Shown here: piece after piece, positions 27,201 through 40,967 of the stretch
Layout of the letters: every line of letters starts with the position of its first letter
Position numbering within the stretch: position 1 is the first letter of the stretch
DNA from: Eledone cirrhosa
Lineage: Eukaryota
Assembly (NCBI GenBank): GCA_964016885.1
Contig: OZ024758.1
Coordinates: 25,606,001 to 25,670,000, forward strand
DNA: 64,000 nucleotides
Direction of reading: 5' to 3'
The notes under the pieces: generated by a model
Told to the model about the DNA's origin: nothing
The model's database searches: none
What the model saw: only the letters and a program-made list of their open reading frames with translations
Position numbers and translations under genes: made by a program

Positions 27201-30200
27201 TCATCAAAGGTGCATGTATAGTACATAGAATAATGTACAAATGTCAGGAAAATGAACAGTGTATGAGTCATGATATAATAATAACAGAGAAAGATAGAAA
27301 ATGAGAGATAGGAAGCAAGAAATAGATATAGAGGAAGAATCGACCCCAGTACTAGACTGGCACTTTTTTTTAATCAACCTCGAAAGGATGAAAGGCAAAG
27401 TTGACTTTAGCAGGATTTGAACTGAGAGAGCAGAGAACCGGAATACTACAGAGTTACCTAACAACTCTGCCTTTCTGTCTATAGAGACACAGAGCAATAT
27501 ATTGCTTAAAGTCTGACTCATCAAGCTGGTGCTTATCTCAGTTTCATGGCATGAAGTGACTGAGAGTACAAGACTTTCCTCTGGGACAGGACGCCAGTTC
27601 ACCACAGGGTTAAACACCCGGCTACTGCTGGAACTCATTTTCAGCTGAGTATACTGGAACAATGTGAAATGAAGTGTTTTGCTCAAGAACACAACTGACA
27701 ACTGACAACCCGGCCCAGGAACTGACCCCACGAAATTATGATTATAAGTGGAGGCACATGGCTTAGTGGTTAGAGCATTGGGCTTGCAATTGAAATGTTG
27801 TGAGTTCAATTCTCAGACCGGGTGATGTGTTGTTTCCTTGAGCAAGACACTTTATTTCACATTGCTCCAGTTTACTCAGCTGTAGAAATGAGATGATAGG
27901 GACTGGGGTCCCTATCATTCCACTGCAAAGTGGTCGTGGAGGTGCCATGACAAAAAGCACCCAGCACTCACTGTAAATGAGGTTGGTGTTAGGAAGGGCA
28001 TCCAGCTGTAGAAATCAAGCCAGAATCAGTTCCCGTCCCACCCTTGCAAGCAGGGAAAAGAATCAGTTCCTGTATGAGCAAGACAAGGTCAGCCGACCGG
28101 ACACTGCCCACAACAGGACAACCCGACTAACCCATGTTAGCATGGAAGAACAGACGTAAAACGGCGGTGATGATGATGATTATAAGTCCAACACCCTTAC
28201 CACTAAGCCATGCACCTCTACAGTATGTTGTTGCACTAACTAAACTAATTTATATCAACAGATGACAGTAATGACAGCATTAACAGTGACAATAGTTCTA
28301 CGACATTGTTCTTCCAGGCAAGATCGTTCACTATATACAATGTCATTATGTCTGGAAGTTGAACACTTAAAAAAATACATCTTATTCATAGCAAGCATAT
28401 GAATAAACTTTACTTTAAATTTGACTTCTGCAACTCTTCATTCTTGTTTCATAATAAATACCAAATTATCCTTTATCCATTTGGTAATGAACTACACAGA
28501 AAGAATAAACACTTTTTTTTAAAATATTTTATTGACTATTGCAGTCTACCTTATGCTGAGTTCTTTACCTCACATAATATCGAATCTATCAGATTCTGAT
28601 AGATTCGATATTATGATATTCAGATTTTGATATTATTTATTTTGCAAACAATACCTTAACATCAGTATGAGCTGCCAGTTACAGCCAGTTTGAACAGAAA
28701 GAGGTGAGAGAATTCTGGCTGGATATGGCTGGTTACAGCCAGTTTGAACAGAAAGAGGTGAGAGAATTCTGGCTGGATACGGCTGGTTACAGCCAGTTTG
28801 AACAGAAAGAGGCGAGAGAATTCTGGCTGGATTTGACCGGTTACAGCCAGTTTGAACAGAAAGAGGTGAGAGAATTCTGGCTGGATTTGGTTGGTTACAG
28901 CCAGTTTGAACAGAAAGAGGTGAGAGAATTCTGGCTGGATTTGGCCGGTTACAGCCAGTTTGAACAGAAAGAGGTGAGAGAATTCTGGCTGGATTTGGCC
29001 GGTTACAGCCAGTTTGAACAGAAAGAGGTGAGAGAATTCTGGCTGGATTTGGCCGGTTACAGCCAGTTTGAACAGAAAGAGGTGAGAGAATTCTGGCTGG
29101 GTTTGGCCGGTTTAAATGCTAAAGGGTTAAATAAATATGATGTTGAAAATTAATAAAACAAAATGAAACAAAACTGAAAACAAAACAAAAATATTTCTTT
29201 GAATATTTACCAAATGACAATGGAGACTGTAGATGATTTAGGATAGCTCCGAGTATTGTGGACAAATACATGGCTTGGGAACATTGAGCAAGACCAAGTA
29301 CAAACATTTCACACCAGCAACTCCGTACAAGAAGCATTTGAGTATCTGCACTGAAAAATTTATATAATAAAAATAGAGTATTTCTAAATCAATTTCAAAA
29401 TCTGTATACTGTTATCCAGGGTGGATAAACTTTCATAGAAACCATTATTACATAAATAATTTTATATCAATATATATATATATATATACATAAATAAATT
29501 ACAAAATAAAATTTGTTTTCGCTCTTAACATAATAGATACCTAAATGTATTCATGAGTGAATAATAATAATATCATATTATTAATACTATTAGTTCGACA
29601 CTGTAAATGTGGTTGGTGTTAGGAAGGGCATCCAGCCGTAGAAAACCCGCCAGACAGTCCTATGCGAGCAAGACAACCACTCTTGCCTCAAGTGGGAAAA
29701 CTCCCGTCCAAACCCATGCAAGCGTGGAATATGGACGTTAAACTATGATGATGATGATGATGATGATGATGTAATTAATATTCAGTTTGTTTGCAAGTAA
29801 ACAGCCTCATAAAACACCATGTGGTAGCTGAGAGAAGACAATTGACAATAGTTTCAGAGTATGTTGCTCCTTGTCAAGCTTGTGTATTCTCCTCGCTTGC
29901 TCCTGTTGGAACTGCTGAGAATACATAGTATTCTCAAATGTATACATTGGCTGATTAGCCTCATTTGCATACTGAGCGACTTTACAGCCGGCTTTGCCGA
30001 AAAATAAGAATAAAATTTGTTTCCTGAGGCCGTTTACTTGTAAACAAATCGAATATTAATAATATTATTAATATTCACTCACGAATAACATTACAAAATT
30101 CTCTTCTTTCAGAATAACATTACAAATATAATGTTGTTGATAAACACAAATAGAAACACATATAACAAATACAACCAACCATCGCCAGGAACCTCACAAA

Positions 30201-33200
30201 CAAAACAACAAAACACAAGGCCAGAGAGAGAGAGAGAAAGAAAAAATAAGAGAGAAGAAAAAGAAAAAAAGGAAAGGAGGAAGCAAAAATAAAACAAAAA
30301 CGACCCTCAATTCACCACCAAGTACAACAATTGGCCACCCATCATAGGGTCAACAGAACACTTTGAAGCAAACCAACTCACTGGCAACATTACCACAAGT
30401 GATGGCGAGGCTAAGACACTGAAACAACCAGGCACCCTTCAAAATGTAACTTATTACAAAAAGAAGTTTTAAAACAGTTAGTTAAGGGTGAAATTAATTT
30501 CTAGTGATCTTTCATTGAATGACTCCAAATGAAAATCATAGTAAACAAAAACAAAACAAAAAATGATTGGCCCTTTATTTTTTTAGTCTGGAAAGAGGGC
30601 ACTGCTGATGACCCTTTTCAGGACATCTGGGACTGGTACGAGAGAAGGAGCAAGTTATCTTTAAACTAGAGACCAAACCTAAATACTTGCAGCAGAGAGG
30701 ACTCTGTAATAGCACCCAAGCACAAAATAGTGACGATTAAATAAAGTTTCTATATGTCAGCATCAGTAAAAATCATGTCATCTGGAGCTGTAGGTAGTTT
30801 CACATGTGATAATTGTTTCTACTATTGGCACAAGGCCAGCAATTACCCAGTGCATTACTGGTACTTTATTTTATCGACCCCGTAAGGATGAAAGGCAAAG
30901 TTAACCTCGGCGGGATTTGAACTCAGAATGGCAAGGGCCGTAACTCTATACGTCAAAGCATGGCGTCTGACCCTCTGCCGATACTGCGAATCCAGGTTAT
31001 AAATGTACTAAAACACTCACAAAGAGCATTAATGGCACATTCACCCAAATGCTGAGAAAGGTCCAGAAGAAATCCTGCAGGACACACATAGCAAAGAAAT
31101 TGCTATACAGCCCATGCCTTCACCTTTCTCACATCATAAGGTGAAGCAGGCTTGCATTAGATGGACATGTGAAACATCACAATAAACCTGCTGGCAGAGT
31201 CCTTTTCTGGAAAACTGATCTGTGCAGATGAGTTGTGAGACCAACCACAGTGCTGAAGGATGTTCTTGAAGATGACACCGGATGACACGGGATGACACCG
31301 GGTTGGATGCAGGGGAAATTCAAACAGCAATGCTAGACAGGTTGAGCTGGAGGAGGAGCTTCGCCATGACACCAGCAACGGATGTATAGAAGAAGAAGAT
31401 AAATGTACTCACTAGTGTTAGGTAAGGAAAGAATGTTAATCGAAACTAAAAACATGACTACTGCCTTTGTAGTTGTAGAAATCAGTATTCTGGAGGGAAA
31501 GCAATGAAGTTAACAAGCCAAGAAGCTCTAATAATATCTTACTGTGTAAAGAGCACAGAATTTTAAATGAGGCTACAGCAGTGGAGACTTCCGGCATTCT
31601 TGGCCCCTGGACTACATCCCTGATCACTGTTATTGGAGTGGAACTGGTGCCCAACAGGCACAAGCTCCATGAGGTGGAGTGGCTGTTCCAGCATGTCTCC
31701 TTCACAATCCACTGAGGCCGATGTCTTCTCCATCCTGTCAACCAGGACCACGAGGTGGACAATATATTCGGGCAGGAGTAGGGTAGCAGTCTTCAGATGA
31801 AAGGGTTAATAATGCTGACACACACACTCACTCATACACAATAATATATAGTTCAAGATTTATACAATTCAATTTAATCTAGCTGTAGATAGATTTTTCA
31901 GCAATAGACAATTAATTAAAAACAAAGATAGTTAAGTACTTTGCATTAACTGTCGACTTTACAACTGATATAAGTAGAACTGTTCAACTATAATTGTTAA
32001 AGAAAGATAGGCTGAGCTTATTTCTTAGGTTTTATAAAGTAAATAAGAAAGCATTAAAATGTTAAAATGAGAATATATTTTTGTTGGTTTGAACAGTAAT
32101 CTCTTTAGTATTTACATTACTCTATATATATTATGGTATTTTTGAGATAAAGGCTTTATCTTAAATAATTATCTCACATAATATCGAATCTATGAGATTT
32201 TGATGTATATTTTGAGAACAATACCTTAATGTCAATATGAACGGTCAGTTACGGCCAGTTTGAACAGAAAGAGGTGAGAGAATTCTGGCCAGATATGGCC
32301 GGTGTAAATGCTAAATTGTTAACATGTTCAAATGAGAGTATATTTTTGTTGGGTTTGAACAGTAATTTCTAGAGTTACTGGATGGATAACTAATTTAACT
32401 GAATGGATAGAAACTTACTTGAGAAGCTGGAAAGCTGGTATTGAGCGCACCCAGTGCATCGAGAGAAACAGCAGTCGTGAAGCACTTTCGCAGATATATT
32501 GGACATTCAAATAGGCAGGCATCGGTGATGGCGTATTAAGGTTAAAAAGGAAGTTTGTTGCAGAAAGAAGATTGCCTGAGAAGAAAAGAAGAGTTTACCA
32601 ATTATTTCTGTTGTACTTTTGTTAAAATTCTCAAGTTAATGTTCAGTAGGTTTATTGGTCTAATACAGTGGTTCCCAAAGTGGATTCCGCAAAGGAGTGT
32701 CTGGGGTTCCATGTAAAAAGGTAGAGGAGTATATTTATATTACAACCATACAACAGTATTAGACTTTAGGGTTCTCCCAAAAGTTTCTGAACCAAAAAGG
32801 GTTCCCCATTTGAAAAAGTTATGGAAACCCTGGTCTAATATATTCAATTATCTCCTCTTAGTTGATATCCTTTCTCAATAACATGAATAGAGGTGCTGGC
32901 CAAGTGGTAAGGATGTTGGAGATATGATAATAATGTTGTGGGTTTGATTCCTTGACTGGGTTGTGTGTTGTGTTCTTGTGTAAAACACTTCATTTCACGT
33001 AGCTCCAGTATCATCATCATCTTCGTTTAACCTCCATCTTCCACACTAGCATGGGTTAGACGGGAGTTGTCCCACTTGAGGCAAGGTTGGTCGGGTGCCC
33101 GTGTCTCGCTCATATAGGACTATCTGACAGGTTTTCTACGGCTGGATGCCCTTCCTAAAATACTTAGCTAAAATGAGAACCAGCAATAACTGGGTGTTTA

Positions 33201-34343
33201 ACCCTGTAATGAACTGGCGTCCTGTCCAGGGGGAAGTCTTGTACTCTCAGTCGCTTCATGCCATGGAAACTGGGAGAAATACTGGCCTGATGAGCTTCAG
33301 AGTTCGAGACAGACTTTTCAATAACCTGACCATTCTAGTCTTGAAAAAATAAATAGAGAGTCTTTTGTGGCTCACCATGACCACCGCTCATGAATTATTG
33401 TTTAATTAAGAATTGTCACCTGGTCTCTAAACAATTTCCATGAAAATACTGACAATCTTGTGAGAGGACACTGCAGAAGCCTGTTGTGTACATGTGTGTG
33501 TGTGTGTGTACATGTGTGTGAGTGTGTACATGTGTGTGTGTGTGTGTTTGAGTGAGTGAGATTTGAACTCAGAAAGCAGAGCCAAAACGAATACCGCAAA
33601 GCATTCTATCCAATACTCTAACAACTCTGTCAATTCGTCGCCTTAATAAACAGATTACATGTAGTCAAAACTAAAAGATATCAGTATAAAGTGCTCATGT
33701 GCAGAGAAGCTATAAAAATGGCTTATAAAATAGTGTGAAGATCCTTAAAAGAAGCAAAAAAGAAGTTGCCATTGGTCGCTATGAGGAATGGAACTCCATA
33801 TCTTCCAGATACCGGTTTTTAACGGTCTTCGCCCTATTTTATAAGTTATATTTATAGCATCTCTGTACTTGAACATTTCATCCTTTATATATATATTTTG
33901 TTGTTGTTCCTATTTGTTGCTGTGCTGATAAGCGTTTTGGCATTGATACACTGGTTGGATGCCCTTCCTAACACCAGAGCCACTTTACAGCATGGTGTTA
34001 GGAAGGGCATCCAACCAGTGTATCATATGTATATATATATATATTATTATAAATGTAAGCTATCGCCGTATTTTGACTAAAGAAATTAAAGAAATTATTT
34101 AGCCTGATAGTGGGGTTAAGAACCCTCGGAGAAATGGAAAAAGATGAGTAGCACAGTGGTCTGGATAACCAAAGATGTGGGTTCGACTCCCATGTACGTC
34201 AATACTCATCTTTTTCCATTTCTCTGAGGGTTCTTAACCCCACTATCAGGCTAAATAATTTCTTTAATTTCTTTAGTCAAAATACGGCGATAGCTTACAT
34301 TTCTAATAATTTCAAATCAACTCGCTGTTTCGAAAATATTCTT

Positions 34344-34387
<44 letters not shown>

Positions 34388-37300
34388 AAAATTAAATTAA
34401 GGGTGTCATGTCCGAGAGAGATACGCCATATCCACTGTAGAATATGCTCAAAGATTCCAACGAATAGATCCAAGCATTTTATATCAACTACAAATCGATT
34501 GACAGATATATATATCTACAATAAACACATGAAACAATCACAGGGGATAATTTGTAAAGTGTGTAAGCACACATAGCTAGGTAGGTAACTAATTGTTGAA
34601 AATCCGGGATTTAACTACTGTGATTTACCAATTAATGGTGAAACATTTTTTTTAATGAAAGATTTTTTTTTAAAGGAAGATTAATCATTTTAAAAGGTAT
34701 CTACATTTGAAGTTCTAGTTAAACTTTAATTAGTTACCTACCTAGCTGTGTGTGCTTACACACTTTACAAATTATTCCCTGTGTGTTTCATATGTTTATT
34801 TTAGAGGTGAGACCAGAGCCAATGAGGGTTATCCTAGGCGTGGTTATTGCTAGTTGAAAACTATTTTAGATATATATATATGTCAATCAATTTCTAGTTG
34901 ATATATATATATATATATATCTGATATATATATATATATATCTGATATATATATCATCATCATCATCATCATCATCAGGTTTAGCGTCCGTGTTCCACGC
35001 TTGCATGGGTTTGGACGGGGGTTTTCCCACTTGAGGCAAGAGTGGTTGTCTTGCTCGCATAGGACTGTCTGGCGGGTTTTCTACAGCTGGATGCCCTTCC
35101 TAACACCAACCACATTTACAGTGTGGGGCTGGGAGGTTTTTACCGTGTTGCCTACACGGCCACATTACAGCGTGGACTGTCTGGCGGGTTTTCTACAGCT
35201 GGATGCCCTTCCTAACACCAACCACATTTACAGTGTGGGGCTGGGAGGTTTTTACCGTGTTGCCTACACGGCCACATTTACAGCGTGGACTGTGTGTTTT
35301 TTGTCGTGACACCTACACGATCTCATTTGTTTCGGCCTGGATGTTGTGGGACCAACATAACTGTATGTTGAAAGGGGCGGTGTGGATGGGGTGGAGGTGG
35401 TGGGACGGGGGGGTGTTTTGATAGAGATGCCTACTGACTGTAGTAGGTTTTTACTTTGTATTTAGGTAAGGCGGGTCTTCTCTATTACTGAGTACCGCCA
35501 AAGGTCTCGGTCCAGTGACATTGTCTTGGAGAGGTGTAAGCGTGTGAGGTCGGAATTTATCAGCTCATCCCATGTTTTTCTGGGTCTGCCTACTCCGTGG
35601 CTACCGTCTATCTTTATTGCCCTGCACTTTGTTATACAGCTGTCGTCTTTCATGCGCATCACGTGACCGTACCAACGTAGCCTTCTCTCGAGTAAACAAC
35701 ATCTGATCCCTCTTATTTCTAATTTTTTCCTTAGTTCGTTTATGCTTTGCCGTTCACGTATATTACTATTGCACATCCAGCGGAGCATGCAAGCTTCGTT
35801 CCTCTCTAGTCTGCGTATATCCTCTGCACACAATGCCCAGGTCTCACTGCCATGCAGCATTGCTGTTCGTATGCAGGCATCGTATAACCTGCCTTTCATT
35901 TTTAGGGAGAACCCTCTAGCGGCTAATAGTGGTATAAGCTCTCTGAACTTTTTCCATCCAGTTCTGATCTGATATATATATATATATATCTGATATATAT
36001 ATATCTGATATATATATATATATATCTGATAGGGTGTGGTAAAATACCAGGTGGACTCTAACCCGTCAGAGTACTCAATACTTGGGGTAGTAGAGTAGGT
36101 AATACCTGTCAAAACAGCTGGAGCTCAGCCGTCAGGGTCCTAAATCCTTTCATATATATATACAAAGGTAAGGTATTGTCGAGACAAATGTATCTACATT
36201 GTATTTGTATGAATTATACAGCTACAATGACATACGAAGATCTGAGAGGAAATATGTTATTCTTACCATCCATATATATACATACATACATATACACATA
36301 TATATATATACATACACACATATATACATATATATATACATACATACATACACACACTGGCTTAGTGGTTAGAGCATTGGCCTTGCAATCGAAAGGTTGT
36401 GAGTTCAATTCTCAGACCGGGTGATGTGTTGTTTCCTTGAGCAAGACACTTTATTTCACATTGCTCCAGTTTACTCAGCTGTAGAAATGAGATGATAGGG
36501 ACTGGGGTCCCTATCATTCCACTGCAAAGTGGTCGTGGAGGTGCCACGGGAAAAAAGCACCCAGCACTCACTGTAAATGAGGTTGGTGTTAGGAAGGGCA
36601 TCCAGCTGTAGAAATCAAGCCAGAATCAGTTCCCATCCCACCCTTGCAAGCATGGATAAAGCGGACGTAAAATGAAATGATGATGATGACGACACACACA
36701 CATATATATATATATACATAGATGCACTGCCAAAGAAAAGTTGGATAGAAGCTAAAGAACTTATGTAGATGGTAACATTTTGATTATTGGAGTTTAGTGA
36801 GATATTCCAGATACAAGTAGGTGTACATTATAGTCCTCGAAAAACATGAGCGGAGATGGTGAGAGCAGACCTCAGATCGCTGAAACTCACTGAGGAGATG
36901 ACGAAGGACCGTGGCAAATGGAGAGATGCTGTGCTGAATAGGACCCGTCCAACCCTTGCAAGCAGGGAAAAGCAGACGTAAAATGATGATGATGAATAGC
37001 AAGTAAAAAGACGTACTTAAGAATGGTAAGATTCCAAGATTTCATAATTCTATATAGCATTATTTCATGAGTGAAAAACAGAATGGCAATGCCACATATT
37101 CTCGGTCCTTAAAAGTCAAAAATTCGGCTTTGTACATTGTTTGTGAAAATAGATCTGTTTTAATGAATGGAATTTATAGTACATTCTTACCTTCTATTTC
37201 TAAAACTGGTTCCTCTGACTCTGCGTTCTCTGCCTGGAATATAAAGAAATTACAGTGTATACATCATTATTTAACATCTGGGCGGTGGGTTGGCAGTATC

Positions 37301-40300
37301 GGTAGAGGGTCAGATGCCGTGCTTTGCAGCATAGAGTTACGGCCCTTTATGGTCTGAGTTCAAATCCTGTCGGGGTTAACTTTGCCGTTCATCCTTACGG
37401 GGGTCGATAAAATAAAGTACCAGTAATACACTGGGGTAATAGCTGTAGAAACAATTATTTAACATCTGTTTTCCCTGTGTGTAACAAAGAAAACTGTGCT
37501 GGTACAGACATGTAATGGTTCCTGATATAAGCACAGGGTCAACAATGTGGGCAGGAGGTAAGTCACTTAAATTGACCCCAGTGCATTACTGGTACTTTAT
37601 TTTATCGACCCCGTAAGGATGAAAGGCAAAGCTAACCTCAGCTGGATTTAAACTCAGAACGTAAAGGGACGTAACTCTATGCTGCAAAGCATGTCCGATG
37701 CTCTACCAATTCTTCCAATCCAGGCACAGGGCCAGCGATTTAGGAAGAGAGGAAAGTAGATTAAATCAACCCCAATACTTGACTGGTATTTTATTTTATT
37801 GATACCCTCCCTCTCCCCGGAAGGATGAAAGGTAAAGTTGACCTCGGCGGGGTTTGAACTCACAGTGTAAAGGGTCATAACTCTATGTCGCAAAGCATGT
37901 TGTTCGACGCTCTACCGATACAGTCAATCAGTCGCCATGACATAGACATATTATACATATAACGACAGTTGGGTAAAGATGATCCAGGAGCTCAAAGTGG
38001 AAGAAAGATGTAGAAGGGGAAGACCAAGGAAGACAAGTACGGAAGTGATGGAAGCTGACTTCAGGATGCTTGAACCTCCCAAACAGATGCAAAAAAAAAG
38101 AACAAAACTTGAGACACCTGAGGAGGACCTGTCCAACCCATGCAAGCATGGACAAGAAGATATGAAAATTATGATATTAACCCTTTCATGATTGCATTTT
38201 TAATGAAATACACTCTATGTTAATTAATTAATGAAAAATTTTGAAGAATTTACTAAAATTATTGATTATTTCATTACTAATATATTAACTTTAATTAAAA
38301 ATATATAGTAATTTTCATATAAAATTATGTTGGAAGATTTTAATTTAAATTGGAAACCATTAACCTTTAAAATGACCCCAGTGTATTACTGGTACTTTAT
38401 TTTATCGACCCTGAAAGGATGAAAGGCAAAGTTAACCTCGGCGGGATTTAAACACAGGATGTAAAAGGACGTAAGTCTGTGCTGCAGTTGCTGTGTTGAC
38501 TGCCGTGTATATTTTACACAGCTACAGTTGCTGTGTTGACTGCAGTGTATATTTTACACAGCTACAGTTGCAGTGTTGACTGCTGTGTATATTTTACACA
38601 GCTACAGTTACTGTGTTGACTGCAGTGCATCTTTTACACAGCTACAGTTGCTGTGTTGATTGCTGTGTATATTTTACACAGCTACAGTTGCTGTGTTGAC
38701 TGCTGTGTATATTTTACACAGCTACAGTTGCTGTGTTGATTGCCGCGTATATTTTACACAGCTACAGTTGCTGTGTTGACTGCCATATATATTTTACACA
38801 GCTACAGTTGCTGTGTTGACTGCCATGTATATTTTACACAGCTACAGTTACTGTGTTGACTGCTGTGTATATTTTACACAGCTACAGTTGCTGTGTTGGC
38901 TGCCATGTATATTTTACACAGCTACAGTTGCTGTGTTGACTGCCGTGTATATTTTACACAGCTACAGTTTCTGTGTTGACTGCCATGTATATTTTACACA
39001 GCTACAGTTACTGTGTTGACTGCCGTGTATATTTTACACAGCTACAGTTGCTGTGTTGACTGCCATGTATATTTTACACAGCTACAGTTACTGTGTTGAC
39101 TGCCATGTATATTTTACACAGCTACAGTTGCTGTGTTGACTGCCGTGTATATTTTACACAGCTACAGTTGCTGTGCTGGTTTTTTTTTTTTCAGTAAAAT
39201 GATTATTTTTTTAAAGAAGAATTTATTAACAACATATATCTGAATAATTGACAAATGTCACATCAATAAACTAGTAACCCCATCTAGCTTTGAAAGTAGG
39301 AACTGTTGGAAAAGAGTTGGTAACTTTGAAATTGTGAACTGTTGGAAAGGAGTTCATAGCTTTGAAGTTATGAACTGTTGGTAGCAAGTTCATAACTTTG
39401 AAGTTATGAACTGTTGGAAAGGAGTTCATAACTTTGAAGTTATGAACTGTTGGAAAGGAGTTCATAACTTTGAAGTTATGAACTGTTGGAAAGGAGTTCA
39501 TAACTTTGAAGTTATGAACTGTTGGAAAGGAGTTCATAACTTTGAAGTTATGAATTGTTGGAAACAAGTTCATAACTTTGAAGTTATGAATTGTTGGAAA
39601 CAAGTTCATAACTTTGAAGTTATGAACTGTTGGAAAGGAGTTCATAACTTTGAAGTTATGAACTGTTGGAAAGGAGTTCATAACTTTGAAGTTATGAACT
39701 GTTGGAAAGGAGTTCATAACTTTGAAGTTATGAACTGTTGGAAAGGAGTTCATAACTTTGAAGCTATGAACTGTTGGAAACGAGTTCATAACTTTGAAGT
39801 TATGAACTGTTGGAAAGGAGTTCATAACTTTGAAGTTATGAACTGTTGGAAAGGAGTTCATAACTTTGAAGTTATGAACTGTTGGAAAGGAGTTCATAAC
39901 TTTGAAGCTATGAACTGTTGGAAAGGAGTTCATAACTTTGAAGTTATGAACTGTTGGAAAAGAGTCGAAACATGTTAGGACGAGATATCTCATCCGTGGC
40001 ACTGGAATGTATACATGTTACGAGTTAGCTTGTCTACGGCACTGAAGAGGTTAAATTGGGTGGTTTTATTTCATAGAACCAGAGCTGGTTTTGGCCAGAT
40101 TGGTAACAAAAGGGTTAAATAACACTCACCTGTGATAAGCCTGTTTGGGTTTCTTGGCTTTGTGATTGTGGATGGTTGACTGCTCGGGCAAGTGTATCAA
40201 AGGCTTTCACTACAGAATCAGCACTTTCTCCTGGGGATGAAACATGCCCGTTACTATTACTGCTGCTGATGGCAACAGTAGAGGTCCCAGAACTATTTGG

Positions 40301-40666
40301 ATCTGTTGATTCTTGGGCACCATTTTTTCCCATAGCAGCCAATGTTGTAACTACACTAGCAAGAGTACTCAGATCTGAAATAAGATTGGCAGCTGAGAAA
40401 TGAGGAAATAAGCAACTTATCAGAAACCCAGAGAGAAAAGGACAGAAAGATAATTGGGCTAAAAATAAAGAAAAAAATAATAACATACATTCATACTCAA
40501 AAACACATGTGTATACATATATATGTGTGTGTGTGTACATATATATATATATATATATAAAACAAAGGAAATGTGGCAAGGAACCAGGTGGACCATAACG
40601 CACCAAAGTACTCAATACTTAGGGTAGTAGAGTGGGTAATAGGAACCAATATATATATATATGGTT

Positions 40667-40711
<45 letters not shown>

Positions 40712-40925
40712 GTTTCTTATATAGGCACAAGGCAAGCAATTTTGGGGGAGGGGAAAGTCGATTAAATTGACCCTAGTGCGTGACTGGTACTTTATTTTAT
40801 CGACCCCCGTAAGGACGAAAGGCAAAGTTAACCTTGGCGGGATTTGAACTAAGATCGTAAAGGGCCATAACTCTATGCTGCAAAGCATGGCGTCCGACCC
40901 TCTACCGATACTGCCAATCCACCAC

Positions 40926-40967
<42 letters not shown>

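Noticed and set aside
39271-40002. 243-aa and 190-aa repetitive ORFs (also 7407-7865, 28704-29153, 57267-57860)
   Set aside because: Open only because the unit lengths (33, 51, 45 bp) are multiples of 3; intronic or TE-derived, with no splice support
40393-40615. N-terminal part of the 166-aa ORF (and similar extensions of ORFs at 53027-53296, 29119-29337 and 63463-63660)
   Set aside because: Intronic read-through beyond the splice sites; only the exon portions match NR2C
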